Shown here piece after piece: positions 50,211 to 59,837 of a DNA stretch of 64,000 nt. The DNA is from Candidatus Dojkabacteria bacterium. GTDB lineage: Bacteria; Patescibacteriota; Dojkabacteria; J137. The translations under genes and the position numbers were made by a program. The notes beneath the pieces were generated by a model, which did not search any database, was not told the origin of the DNA, and saw only the letters and a list, made by a program, of their open reading frames with translations. Each line of letters opens with the position of its first letter. Positions within the stretch are counted from its first letter, which is position 1. Where the stretch lies: the NCBI GenBank assembly GCA_040006935.1, contig JBDTVZ010000003.1, positions 139,988 to 203,987 of the forward strand, given 5' to 3'.

Positions 50211-51503
50211 TTAATCTAATTTTGTAACAGTGAATTGTGGTTCCACAAATACTTTACCCCAACGTACTTGTTTGTAGTAAACATCAATCTTTTCAAAGTT
50301 TGCAAGTTGATGTAGATCTTGATAATAAGGTGGGTAATCTAAACCTTCACTTATTACAAATGAAACGTAATAAATTCCAGGATTTAGTGGTAGATTTGCT
50401 TCGCATTCATATTCTAAAATATTTCCAATTTTTACTGGTGGGGTTTTTAAAGGCTTAAGATTATATGTTGAATGTAATCCATATAGTTGATGATTAATAT
50501 CATCTTTAATCATTACACCTAATATCATTTGATTGTTTGTATCAATATTAGATTTAACTTTAACTTTGAACTTAAAATTCTGATTACTTTCCAATTTCAA
50601 AGTAGACTTGCCTGTGTGGTCAATAAATTCGTAACTTATGATTTCTGCCTTCTCTCCACCGATTGTATAACTTAACTCATGAGCTCCCACTTCGGTTGTA
50701 TTGTCGTTTTTCTTTTCTTTTTTCTCCTTTCCTTTCACATCTTTTTTACTCGTACCTTCTGTTTCTTGAAATAACTGCTCATATATATAAGTTACCTTGT
50801 CTGGTTTACCATCTTCTACTAATTCATGATGATCAATTAGAATTGCTCTATCGCAAAGATCTCTAACTGCCTGCATACTATGTGATACAAAAAGAATAGT
50901 TTTTTGCTCTTGTTTTAATCTTTTTATAACTTCAAAAGATTTTTTTTGGAAAGCTAAATCACCAACGGCTAAAATTTCATCCAATAAAAATACATCTGCA
51001 TCAGTTTGAATTGCAATTGAGAAGGCTAGCCTTACAACCATTCCACTGGAGTAATTCTTCACTGGAGTGTCTATAAATTCTCTTAATTCCGCAAAATCTA
51101 TAATATCGTTAAGTTTGTTATCTAAGAATTTTTTAGTCATTCCTAGAATTGTCCCGTTTAGATAAATATTTTCTTTACCAGACAATTCAGGATTGAATCC
51201 AACTCCTAGTTCTAGAAAAGGAACTAGTTTTCCATTTATCTTAACTTTACCACCTTTATCGGGAGAATAAATCCCTGCAATGATTTTCAAGAGAGTGCTT
51301 TTTCCACTTCCGTTTTTACCTACAACTCCTACAAATTCTCCTTTTTTTATTTCAAAACTAATATTTTTTAAAGCTTTAAAATGCCTAGATTTCCCTTGAT
51401 TAAAGAAAGAACTAAATAAAGATCTCAGAGTTTCTTTTTTATCATCTCTTAATAAGAAAGTTTTAGAAACATTTTGAATTGTAATTGCATTATCCTTATT
51501 CAT
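50211..51503 (-). CDS. wzt: Polysaccharide ABC transporter ATPase with Wzt_C domain
   Basis: GKNGSGKST, YSSGMVVRLAF, LDEILAVGD, C-terminal beta domain. Confidence 0.93.
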   Translation of the reverse strand: MNKDNAITIQNVSKTFLLRDDKKETLRSLFSSFFNQGKSRHFKALKNISFEIKKGEFVGVVGKNGSGKSTLLKIIAGIYSPDKGGKVKINGKLVPFLELGVGFNPELSGKENIYLNGTILGMTKKFLDNKLNDIIDFAELREFIDTPVKNYSSGMVVRLAFSIAIQTDADVFLLDEILAVGDLAFQKKSFEVIKRLKQEQKTILFVSHSMQAVRDLCDRAILIDHHELVEDGKPDKVTYIYEQLFQETEGTSKKDVKGKEKKEKKNDNTTEVGAHELSYTIGGEKAEIISYEFIDHTGKSTLKLESNQNFKFKVKVKSNIDTNNQMILGVMIKDDINHQLYGLHSTYNLKPLKTPPVKIGNILEYECEANLPLNPGIYYVSFVISEGLDYPPYYQDLHQLANFEKIDVYYKQVRWGKVFVEPQFTVTKLD

Positions 51504-51504
51504 T

Positions 51505-52284
51505 TTAGAAAAATTCCGCTATTTGTTTAACTTTGTAATTAAAATAGATCCAACCTAGAATCACAATTAATACGCTAACTGCGAAGTAAGCCAACATCAA
51601 GGGTAAATTAATATCACCATAAATTCCAAACCCTGCTCTAACCTGATTTAAAATTATTCCAATAGGATTGAATCTTATTATCTTAGCTGTAAATGAATCA
51701 AATAAACTATTGTCCACCACATACATAATTGGTGTTGCCCAGAATAATAGAAAGAATGCGAGTTCGAAAATATTTTTTAAATCTCTAAACCTAACTGTAA
51801 GAATACTTGTAAAAAAAGATAAACCTAAATTAAATAAGAAAATAATCAGTGTCAAAAACAGAACATACAAAATTCCCATTGGGTTTATTTCTTTACCCTG
51901 CAGAACTAATATTATAAAAATGAAAATTAGATTAATGAACAAATTTATTACACCACTAAACAATGCACTGATTATCGCTATCTGCCTTGGGAAATTAACT
52001 TTCAATATAATATGCGCTCTTTCCAATAGTGACATCTGTCCTAGTATTGCGAGCTCATTAAAGTATGTATAAAAAACTATTCCAATTAATAAATATAAGG
52101 GGTAATTTTCTATACTTTGACTTGATATCTTAGACCACACAAAGTACATTACAAGAAATGTAGCGTATGGTTTGATTAAAACCCATAGAATACCAAGAAT
52201 TGAATTCTGATATCTCATCTTAAAACTCGTTTTCACCAGCTCATTCAGAAGGTCAATTTTTGCTCTATCAATTATTTTTGCCAT
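51505..52284 (-). CDS. wzm: Polysaccharide ABC transporter permease
   Basis: KMRYQNSILGILWVLIKP, KVNFPR, FRDL, FWATPIMY. Confidence 0.93.
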   Translation of the reverse strand: MAKIIDRAKIDLLNELVKTSFKMRYQNSILGILWVLIKPYATFLVMYFVWSKISSQSIENYPLYLLIGIVFYTYFNELAILGQMSLLERAHIILKVNFPRQIAIISALFSGVINLFINLIFIFIILVLQGKEINPMGILYVLFLTLIIFLFNLGLSFFTSILTVRFRDLKNIFELAFFLLFWATPIMYVVDNSLFDSFTAKIIRFNPIGIILNQVRAGFGIYGDINLPLMLAYFAVSVLIVILGWIYFNYKVKQIAEFF

Positions 52285-52319
52285 AAAAATGATTATATCA
52301 TTAAAGATTGTTCTTTTTA

Positions 52320-55049
52320 TTATTCGTAGTAATACCTAGTATTAACAGCACCATCAGACGTTCTAACAGCTTGGAATAATTTACTACTCATGTAAGCCAT
52401 AGTAATATTGCTAGCCATAGTAATATTTTTAACCCAAGGTTGCCAAGTATTCCCATCTGTTGTATATCGAGTCCAAACAGCATTATCAAACCCTCTGACA
52501 GATTGAAATAATTTTATTGTACTAAATGATTGCATTGAAACCTCGTATGGTGTGGTCCCCCCATCCATAACCCAAGATTGCCAGGTATTCCCATCAGTCG
52601 AGTATCGAGTCCAGATATGATTATCCCACCCCCTCACAGATTGATAAATTCTTGCATTAAATACGCTAAGCGTAGGATTTGAAGGAGTTCCTCCATCTCT
52701 GATCCAAGGTTGCCAAGAAGATCCATCAAAGTATCTGGTCCAGACTGCACCTTCAAATCCTCTCACTGCTTGATACAATCTGTTACCCGTTGGACCACTA
52801 GGATCAAATGAAGCCATACTTATTTCTCCGGGAGTTGTCCCCCCATCTTTAGACCATGCCTGCCAAGCTGCACCATCGAAATACCTATTCCAAACATTAT
52901 TATCTCCGCCTCTCACTGTTTGGTAAAGTCGACTTGTTCCGTATGCTGCCATAGAGATTTTTCCTGCTGTCCCCCCATCATTTACCCAAGGTTGCCAAGT
53001 ATCTCCATCAGTTGTGTACCTAGTCCAAACTCTTCCATCTACACCCTGCACCACTTCAAACAAAAAGTCTTGAGAACCATTATTAAAATAAGCAAGCGTT
53101 GGAGTAATTAAAGAACTCCCACTACTAACCCAAGGTTGCCAAGTATTTCCGTCTGTTGAGTATCTAATATAGACTCTGGAGTCATATCCTGTTACTGCTT
53201 GGTAAACCCTTTCAGTCCCTCCAAATGTAGTCGTAGCCATTGCAACGTCGTAAGGTGTTCCACCATTTCGTTGCCAGGAAGACCAAGAATATTGACTTAC
53301 TGAATTCAAAGCATTTTGCGCATCCAAAAGTCCATAACCTGTATCTAAATCTAAGCCACCGCCGCTACCCACGCTACCATTTGCACTACTTCTCAATATA
53401 GTTTTCACATCTACAGGAGCTAAGGAATCTGACTTGGCTCTTAGCATCACAGCCACTGCTGTTACTTGCGGTGCCGCAAAAGATGTTCCTTCCCAAAATT
53501 TATTACCAAAAGTTGTAAAACTACGAGATGTTACAGGAGTTACAGACCATGAGTCTGCGTCTTGAAAAGTTTGAGCATAAGCTGCACTTCCAGCTACGCC
53601 ACTACCACTTGCGTTCCCAACTGGTGCTACTAAATCTAATCCTGTCCCATAACTTGCATAATCTGCTTTAGTATCTGATGTGTTAGTAGCTCCAACAGCA
53701 ATTACATTTCCATAAGAATTTGTATAAGCTGCCGGATATTCGATAGATGATAGATTTTGATTTCCACTTGCTGCAACTAGAAGCACACCTAATCCATTTG
53801 CATAACTAATTGCACTTTCTACTGTTGCACTTGGTGAAGTTAATCCAGCAATACTTAAGTTTATAACTTTGGCACCGTGATTTGCTGCGTAACGAATGCC
53901 TTGTGCAATTGTGAAAGTTGTACCAGTACCAGTGTAATCTAAGACTTTAATAGGCATAATTGTAGTTTTAAATGCCGCCCCAAAACTGCTAGTGCCATTG
54001 TCCGTTAAAGAGGTGATCATATTTGTTACATATGTCCCGTGCCCATCGTCATCGTTTGGATGACCTTCTTTCGTTACCCATGAGACTTGAGCATCGCAAT
54101 CCGCATTCCATTCAGCATCAGTTGGAATTAAAGCAAGATTATCCACAACAGCTATAAAATCTACACCATGCAAGTCATCGCAAATTAAATTTGCATCGTC
54201 ATCATGGCCTGTGTAATTCTCTAAAGAGTTTGTCCAAATATTTATCCCATTTATTTCCGGTGCAGCAGTAAAGTTTAAAGGAGTTCTGTCGGCAAAAGTT
54301 CCACCACCTAGGTTTTCTCGATAAGTTGCTCCAGTATTTGTTTCGAATGCTAATCCAGTATCAAGCACTGCAACTGTTAATGTACTCGAGCCACCGCAAA
54401 GAGTTCCGGATGGGCAACCTTGATCTTTAAATGCCTCAGGAAGTTTAGTTTTAGTATGGAACCAGTGATTAGTATTATTAAAATCGTTAGGTTTCGCAGT
54501 AGATCCCGTAACTGTCCAACTATCTTTTTTTACAATTTGATCTGTTTCAATATATTCAACAGAATCATCTAAATTAAACCTTGTCATCTGATCAATCTTT
54601 TTATCTTCACCATCTTGATCTTTATCAATTTTTATTAACCTTACATCTTCTCCAAAAAACTTTGTAAATCTTGAAGGCACTGTGTTTTCTGGTGCTACTT
54701 CTTGCGTAACACGATTTGCAGATTCCTCATCGTTGAATTTAACTATAAAAAAATCATTTTTAGACTCTTCAGCAATAGCTTTTTTTACTTTCTCAACAGC
54801 ATTATTAACTTTTTCTTCACCGAAATCTCTGTACCTTTCCTGGAGATTTGATTCTAGGTCTTCTGGAATTTGTCTCGGTGCAAGATCAGTTGCTATTGGT
54901 TCGTTTGTCGAAACAGGCAAGGAAACAACTCCATCTTGTGCAGATAAAGTTCTTGAATGAAATGCAGGCAAGAGAATTAGAACTATAAATAGTAAAGAAA
55001 TAACTTTAGAAGGTGTATTTTTTAATTTTGTGAGTTCGCAATATTTCAT
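52320..55049 (-). CDS. Secreted S8 (subtilisin-like) peptidase with C-terminal 7-repeat beta-propeller
   Basis: VAVLDTG, GHGTYV, GTSFAAPQV; seven [YF]QxVxGxDxxVWxRY units; probable start MKYCEL. Confidence 0.9.
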   Translation of the reverse strand: MKYCELTKLKNTPSKVISLLFIVLILLPAFHSRTLSAQDGVVSLPVSTNEPIATDLAPRQIPEDLESNLQERYRDFGEEKVNNAVEKVKKAIAEESKNDFFIVKFNDEESANRVTQEVAPENTVPSRFTKFFGEDVRLIKIDKDQDGEDKKIDQMTRFNLDDSVEYIETDQIVKKDSWTVTGSTAKPNDFNNTNHWFHTKTKLPEAFKDQGCPSGTLCGGSSTLTVAVLDTGLAFETNTGATYRENLGGGTFADRTPLNFTAAPEINGINIWTNSLENYTGHDDDANLICDDLHGVDFIAVVDNLALIPTDAEWNADCDAQVSWVTKEGHPNDDDGHGTYVTNMITSLTDNGTSSFGAAFKTTIMPIKVLDYTGTGTTFTIAQGIRYAANHGAKVINLSIAGLTSPSATVESAISYANGLGVLLVAASGNQNLSSIEYPAAYTNSYGNVIAVGATNTSDTKADYASYGTGLDLVAPVGNASGSGVAGSAAYAQTFQDADSWSVTPVTSRSFTTFGNKFWEGTSFAAPQVTAVAVMLRAKSDSLAPVDVKTILRSSANGSVGSGGGLDLDTGYGLLDAQNALNSVSQYSWSSWQRNGGTPYDVAMATTTFGGTERVYQAVTGYDSRVYIRYSTDGNTWQPWVSSGSSLITPTLAYFNNGSQDFLFEVVQGVDGRVWTRYTTDGDTWQPWVNDGGTAGKISMAAYGTSRLYQTVRGGDNNVWNRYFDGAAWQAWSKDGGTTPGEISMASFDPSGPTGNRLYQAVRGFEGAVWTRYFDGSSWQPWIRDGGTPSNPTLSVFNARIYQSVRGWDNHIWTRYSTDGNTWQSWVMDGGTTPYEVSMQSFSTIKLFQSVRGFDNAVWTRYTTDGNTWQPWVKNITMASNITMAYMSSKLFQAVRTSDGAVNTRYYYE

Positions 55050-55128
55050 ATTAATACATTGTTTTGATGAAATTTTACATACAATCCAAAGAAAAGTACA
55101 ATGATATATATATTTATTAGTAGTTAGT

Positions 55129-55548
55129 ATGAATTTCTTCACAAGAAATATTATCCCAGGATGTGTTTCTATATTAATATCCCTAGTATTGTCTGTTTGT
55201 ATAGGTGTAGTTTATTGGCAATTTAGCGTAGCTTCCACCTCGGCGTTAAAAGATCAATCAGGTGTAGGTGCATATGGTTTCGCAATGATTTGTCTAATTA
55301 TTTGTTTGCTTCCAGTAGTAATGATAGGTATGAATGTTCTGATAACATTATTTTTCTTTAAAAATGAGAAAAAACTTTTACCTGTAAATATATTAGTCTC
55401 TATAGTATTAGCATTTATTCTTCTGATATGCAGTGGAGTGACTATTGTGGGTTATTCCATAGTTTCAGGAAGCTATTTACAACGTTCTGCAGAAGGAACC
55501 TGTCACGGATTGGATTGCTTTAGAGGAATTTATACGAGAGATTATTAA
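55129..55548 (+). CDS. Hypothetical 3-TM membrane protein
   Basis: Hydrophobic, Cys-rich ORF. Confidence 0.6.
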   Translation: MNFFTRNIIPGCVSILISLVLSVCIGVVYWQFSVASTSALKDQSGVGAYGFAMICLIICLLPVVMIGMNVLITLFFFKNEKKLLPVNILVSIVLAFILLICSGVTIVGYSIVSGSYLQRSAEGTCHGLDCFRGIYTRDY

Positions 55549-56048
55549 CTAAAAAGAGTTAGATCCTTTTCTTGGCTATCGCTAGATAAATTAGGATCTA
55601 ACTTTTTCAAAAAATCAATTTGAGATGGGTTAATTTTCTTTGATGCTGTTTGCAAGTCAAACCATTCTCCCTTATCAACTTCTGGAATCTGCATCTTTTT
55701 ACCAGATTTAGGCGGCCAGTCTATTACTATTAGATTACTTTTGACTTGTATGTCTCCAAAGTCGGTTTCGTAAGCAAAGGCATGTATAATTTTACCTGAT
55801 TTCATTCTAACTTCTCCGATATCTTTAAATTTAGATATGTCGATTTGTAGATCTAAACCTAATTCTTCTTTGACTTCGCGAATTGCTGTATCTTTTAAAT
55901 CTTCACCTTCCTCTACTAAACCTTTAGAAATACTCCAAGCACCTGAATCTTTTTTTGCCCAAAAAGGTCCACCTGGATGAACAAGAAAGACCTTTGGAAT
56001 ATTAGAATCTTTTTTGAATAATAAAATTCCAGAAGAAATTTTATTCAT
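55545..56048 (-). CDS. NUDIX hydrolase
   Basis: VHPGGPFW, KGLVEEGEDLKDTAIREVKEELG, PEVDK. Confidence 0.9.
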   Translation of the reverse strand: MNKISSGILLFKKDSNIPKVFLVHPGGPFWAKKDSGAWSISKGLVEEGEDLKDTAIREVKEELGLDLQIDISKFKDIGEVRMKSGKIIHAFAYETDFGDIQVKSNLIVIDWPPKSGKKMQIPEVDKGEWFDLQTASKKINPSQIDFLKKLDPNLSSDSQEKDLTLFS

Positions 56049-57112
56049 AGTGGCAGATTATTTATATTATTATCTTCTGAATTTCGTACGATAAAATCAG
56101 TTAGACTCATTACAGGGGCTAGGTTAACGTCTTGCTTTATTATGTTTTTCAAATCTACGACAATATGCTTTATTGCTTTCTGAGTATTACTTGAAACATT
56201 TGTTATTGCTTCTAAAACTAGAACAAATTCAATTAATAATGTAAAGGTGATTCCTGGATTTATTATTGAAGTTTTTTCTAGTAAGTTCCTCTCTACAAAA
56301 ATGATCTCGTTAATTTTAGTATAAACATATTCCTCTGTAAGCTGCTGATTACTAAAGCCTCCAACTTGCAAAATAAATGCTGTTAACCTTTTCCCTGCCC
56401 CTACTATATGTTCATCTTGAAGCAATTCTTCGATTGTTGCACCATTATATTTATCCAATTTCTCTAATTTGTATTTATCTTCCCTCCAACCACCATGAAT
56501 ATTTATAATTAAATTCCTAAGCAAGTCATTTTGGTCCAATTGATCCATTGTAGCTCGTATAGTTGCGCTCGATGTAAGGTTATCGATAGCTGTTTTTAAT
56601 TTATTTAAACTTTGTAAGAAAGGCTCTTTGTAATCACTATTAGTAAGTTCAACGAGTGAATTCTGATCGACACTCTGTTCAATCTCTTTCCCAATTAACA
56701 TCATTGCAAGAAAGATAGCCGCGTCCCCCCAGTTATCGTTTGCTACTGCCCATCTTACGGTTAGTTCTTCAATCCACCTATTAAGATTTTCTGGAGTAAT
56801 ATTTTTTAGAGTGTTTTGGACGCTTTCGTATTCTAAAGTAGTCATAGTTTCTTCATATGGATCTAAAAGTTGTAGAAAAAGGGATTTCTTATCCTCCACA
56901 TTCCAGTCAGCATTTTTTACAGCTTGCATAAAATCAAAAGGAAGCATTCCAGGGTGAAATTTTTCTGTTCTTGGATAGCCTGGTTCCTTTCCTACTGATC
57001 TGAGCCCTCTCTTCCAGCTTTCAAACCCAAATCTTGCGGCGGATGTTCTAATTGTATTGTCTATGGAATCTATTTGTTTTTCGTCAACAGATTCCACCAT
57101 GTCATCTATCAT
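56045..57112 (-). CDS. Hypothetical protein
   Basis: 355-aa ORF between valS and NUDIX; no motif recognised. Confidence 0.65.
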   Translation of the reverse strand: MIDDMVESVDEKQIDSIDNTIRTSAARFGFESWKRGLRSVGKEPGYPRTEKFHPGMLPFDFMQAVKNADWNVEDKKSLFLQLLDPYEETMTTLEYESVQNTLKNITPENLNRWIEELTVRWAVANDNWGDAAIFLAMMLIGKEIEQSVDQNSLVELTNSDYKEPFLQSLNKLKTAIDNLTSSATIRATMDQLDQNDLLRNLIINIHGGWREDKYKLEKLDKYNGATIEELLQDEHIVGAGKRLTAFILQVGGFSNQQLTEEYVYTKINEIIFVERNLLEKTSIINPGITFTLLIEFVLVLEAITNVSSNTQKAIKHIVVDLKNIIKQDVNLAPVMSLTDFIVRNSEDNNINNLPL

Positions 57113-57133
57113 ATCTTTATATGAAATAATTAA

Positions 57134-59428
57134 TTACCAAATAGTATACATTAAACTTCTAAAATCACCTTTGCCCTTAGGCACTTCACTCCAAATCTTT
57201 TCTGTTATAAATGGAATGAATGGATGTAGCATTTTTAGGTATTCTTTTAGAGTATATAACAAAATATTTTTCATCTCTTCTTTTTCTTCTTTACTAGGCT
57301 CAGAAATAATTTCTCCTGTTTCTTTATTCTTAACTACATTTATATGCTTCTTACTTTCTTCAATAAGAATGTCACAGAATGTGTGCCAGAACTCATCATA
57401 AAGAGTTTCTGTCGCATAACCAAATTCAAAACTATCAATATTTTTAGTAACCTTTTCTTTTACAGATTTAATATGTTCAAATATTTTCTTTGAAAGATCT
57501 AATTTTAATTCTTTCTCATTCAATTCTTGATTAACAGCTTCAAGATCCTGCATTACAAACTTTGATGCATTCCAAAGCTTATTATTAAACTGTTTAAAGT
57601 TCTTTAACTTGTCTGGAGAAATTACATAAGATCCACCAGCAGAATTCTGATAAAAATAAGCCATTCTTAAAGCATCGCTTCCATATTCTGTTTTAATTTG
57701 GTCTACATCTATAATATTGCCTTTAGATTTACTCATTTTCTGACCATCTTTCCCTAAAACTAAACCAGTTAGAAATAAATGTTTGAAAGGAATTTGTTTG
57801 TGTTTAAAATATGTAAACATCATCATTCTAGAATCCCAGTTTTCTAAAATATCTGAAGCAGAAACTAAAACACTTGTTGGAAAAAATTTATCCATCAAAT
57901 TGTATTTAGTTAAAGTTGCGTAAACCCATTGTCCGGAGCTAAACCAGGTATCTAAAACATTTTCATCTTGCATCCAACCCGCACCTGGATTTTCTTTTTG
58001 AACTTTTAGATGATTAGGATTTGAATAATCTAATTCTTTTTTTTCACCATTTACTTCAATAAATTCTTTTACTAAGCCTTGGTCATCTATTTCTTCGAAA
58101 ACTTTTCCAGCATACCAAACTGGAAGCCTGTATCCCCACCATAAACTTCTCGAAATTGCCCAGTCTCTAAGATTATCCATCCAATGATTAAACTTTTGTA
58201 CCATATTGTCAGGATGAATTTGAACATCTCCTTTCTTTACCATGTCTATCGCAGCTTCTTTTAAGCCATCATATTTTAAATACCATTGAGAAGACATTAA
58301 AGGTTCTACAATCGCTTTTGTTCTTTCTGTAATTAAAATATTTTGTTTTATAGATTCTTCTTTTTCTAATTGCCCTGCCCCTTTTAAATCCTCAATAATT
58401 TCAGGAAGAGCTTCTTTGTATTTTCTTCCTTTATATTTTTCTGGAGTCAATCCAACTAATTTGAGTTCTTGCGAAACAACGTTTCGATAACTAATTTTTT
58501 TATCAGGATTTGTTGAGTTCCATTCCATCATAATTTGATAGTCATCTTGTGCATGTGCAGGAGTAATTTTTAAAGCACCTGTTCCAAAGTCAGTTAAAAC
58601 TCTTGGACTTGTAATAACCGGAATTTCAATACTAGTTAAAGGAATTATTAAAGTTTTTCCAATAAAATCTTTGAACCTCGAATCTTTTGGATTAACAGCA
58701 ACTGCAGTATCTCCAAACATTGTTTCTGGTCTTGTTGTTGCAACAGTTATAAAGTCATCGGAATCTAAGATTTTATATTTAATATAATAAATCTTTCCAT
58801 CTCTTTCTTCCCTTAAGCATTGATTATCTGCAACTGCAGTTCTAGCTTTCGGATCCCAATTTACAATTCTAACTCCTTTATAAATTCGACCATCTTTATA
58901 CATTTCTACAAATGTATCTAAAACGATTTTTACAATTTCTGGGTCTAATGTGAAAGTATCTCTTTCAAAATCAGCGGATAATCCAATTTCTCTTTCGTCC
59001 TTAGCAGCAATATCAATATTTTTCATAAAGAATTCCATCATTTCTTTATAAAAATCTTCTCTATTCATTTCAAATTTATTTCTACCTTGCTTTTCCAAAA
59101 CCTCTCGAACAAAAACACCTTCGCCTTCTAATCCTGCATGATCTTTTCCAGGTAAAACTAAAACTTTTTTACCCTGCATACGAGCGTAACGAGCCATAGC
59201 ATCTTGATAGGCATATCCAGAAATATTACCAACATGAGGACGTGCGTATGCATTGGGTGGCGGACAAATTAAAGTCCAAGCCTCTCTAACATCAGATTTC
59301 ATTTCTTCTGTGGATTTAACTTTATCAACAACAGGATCAAACTCTGGTTTGTAGAATTTATTGTCTAGCCAAAATTTTAGAATCTTTGGTTCCTCTATCT
59401 GAGGATTGTAGGGACCATCTGTAAGCAT
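57134..59428 (-). CDS. valS: Valyl-tRNA synthetase (no C-terminal coiled-coil arm)
   Basis: PPPN..HVGN, VATTRPETMFGD, FGTGALKITPAH, DWAISRSLWWG, LDTWFSS, KMSKSKGN, LHPFIPFITE. Confidence 0.96.
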   Translation of the reverse strand: MLTDGPYNPQIEEPKILKFWLDNKFYKPEFDPVVDKVKSTEEMKSDVREAWTLICPPPNAYARPHVGNISGYAYQDAMARYARMQGKKVLVLPGKDHAGLEGEGVFVREVLEKQGRNKFEMNREDFYKEMMEFFMKNIDIAAKDEREIGLSADFERDTFTLDPEIVKIVLDTFVEMYKDGRIYKGVRIVNWDPKARTAVADNQCLREERDGKIYYIKYKILDSDDFITVATTRPETMFGDTAVAVNPKDSRFKDFIGKTLIIPLTSIEIPVITSPRVLTDFGTGALKITPAHAQDDYQIMMEWNSTNPDKKISYRNVVSQELKLVGLTPEKYKGRKYKEALPEIIEDLKGAGQLEKEESIKQNILITERTKAIVEPLMSSQWYLKYDGLKEAAIDMVKKGDVQIHPDNMVQKFNHWMDNLRDWAISRSLWWGYRLPVWYAGKVFEEIDDQGLVKEFIEVNGEKKELDYSNPNHLKVQKENPGAGWMQDENVLDTWFSSGQWVYATLTKYNLMDKFFPTSVLVSASDILENWDSRMMMFTYFKHKQIPFKHLFLTGLVLGKDGQKMSKSKGNIIDVDQIKTEYGSDALRMAYFYQNSAGGSYVISPDKLKNFKQFNNKLWNASKFVMQDLEAVNQELNEKELKLDLSKKIFEHIKSVKEKVTKNIDSFEFGYATETLYDEFWHTFCDILIEESKKHINVVKNKETGEIISEPSKEEKEEMKNILLYTLKEYLKMLHPFIPFITEKIWSEVPKGKGDFRSLMYTIW

Positions 59429-59444
59429 AATAAGATTGTAAAAG

Positions 59445-59465
59445 TTATCAGTTATCAGAAATCAG
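59445..59465. repeat. Heptamer repeat arm 3' of four-helix-bundle gene
   Basis: TTATCAG TTATCAG AAATCAG; inverted relative to 59810-59837. Confidence 0.75.
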
Positions 59466-59807
59466 ATTTTTCTGAAAAGAGTAAATCATTTTTCTAATTT
59501 CTATTATCTCACTTTGAATTTTAATTTTCGTGTCTTCTTTTATTAATAATAATTTGAATGAGATTTCAATGAAAGTAAATAATTCATTTAATGAGCCTAC
59601 CGCAATGTTCATAAAGTTAATAAAATCTTTCTTTGTTCTTCTGCCAGCACCTTCGGCAATATTTGCCGGAACAGAAGTGGAGCATCTTCTTATTTGAGAA
59701 ATAAGTCCATATTTTTCTGACTCTGGAAAAGTTTTAGTAATTCTGTAAATCTCAACAGAAAGATCCAATGATCTTTTCCAAATATTCATCTTAGTAAAAT
59801 CTTGCAT
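59448..59807 (-). CDS. Four-helix-bundle protein (23S rRNA intervening sequence protein/IVP family)
   Basis: FTKMNIWKRS, TKTFPESEKYGLISQIRRCSTSVPANIAEGAGR, IAVGSLNEL; start MQDF. Confidence 0.92.
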   Translation of the reverse strand: MQDFTKMNIWKRSLDLSVEIYRITKTFPESEKYGLISQIRRCSTSVPANIAEGAGRRTKKDFINFMNIAVGSLNELFTFIEISFKLLLIKEDTKIKIQSEIIEIRKMIYSFQKNLISDN

Positions 59808-59809
59808 TT

Positions 59810-59837
59810 CTGATAGCTGAAAACTGATATCTGAGGA
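59810..59837. repeat. Heptamer repeat arm 5' of four-helix-bundle gene
   Basis: CTGATAG CTGAAAA CTGATAT CTGAGGA on + strand. Confidence 0.75.

Noticed and set aside
52320-53300. Spaced DNA repeats suggestive of a CRISPR array
   Set aside because: Degenerate, in-frame protein repeats within the S8 CDS; no cas genes.
32652-55548. Repeated 4-9 nt stop-codon overlaps of convergent genes
   Set aside because: Expected in compact AT-rich genomes (TTAA/CTAA overlaps); no evidence of a special mechanism.
59448-59807. Four-helix-bundle gene as Avd of a diversity-generating retroelement or part of a 23S rRNA IVS
   Set aside because: No reverse transcriptase, template/variable repeat pair or rRNA in the window.
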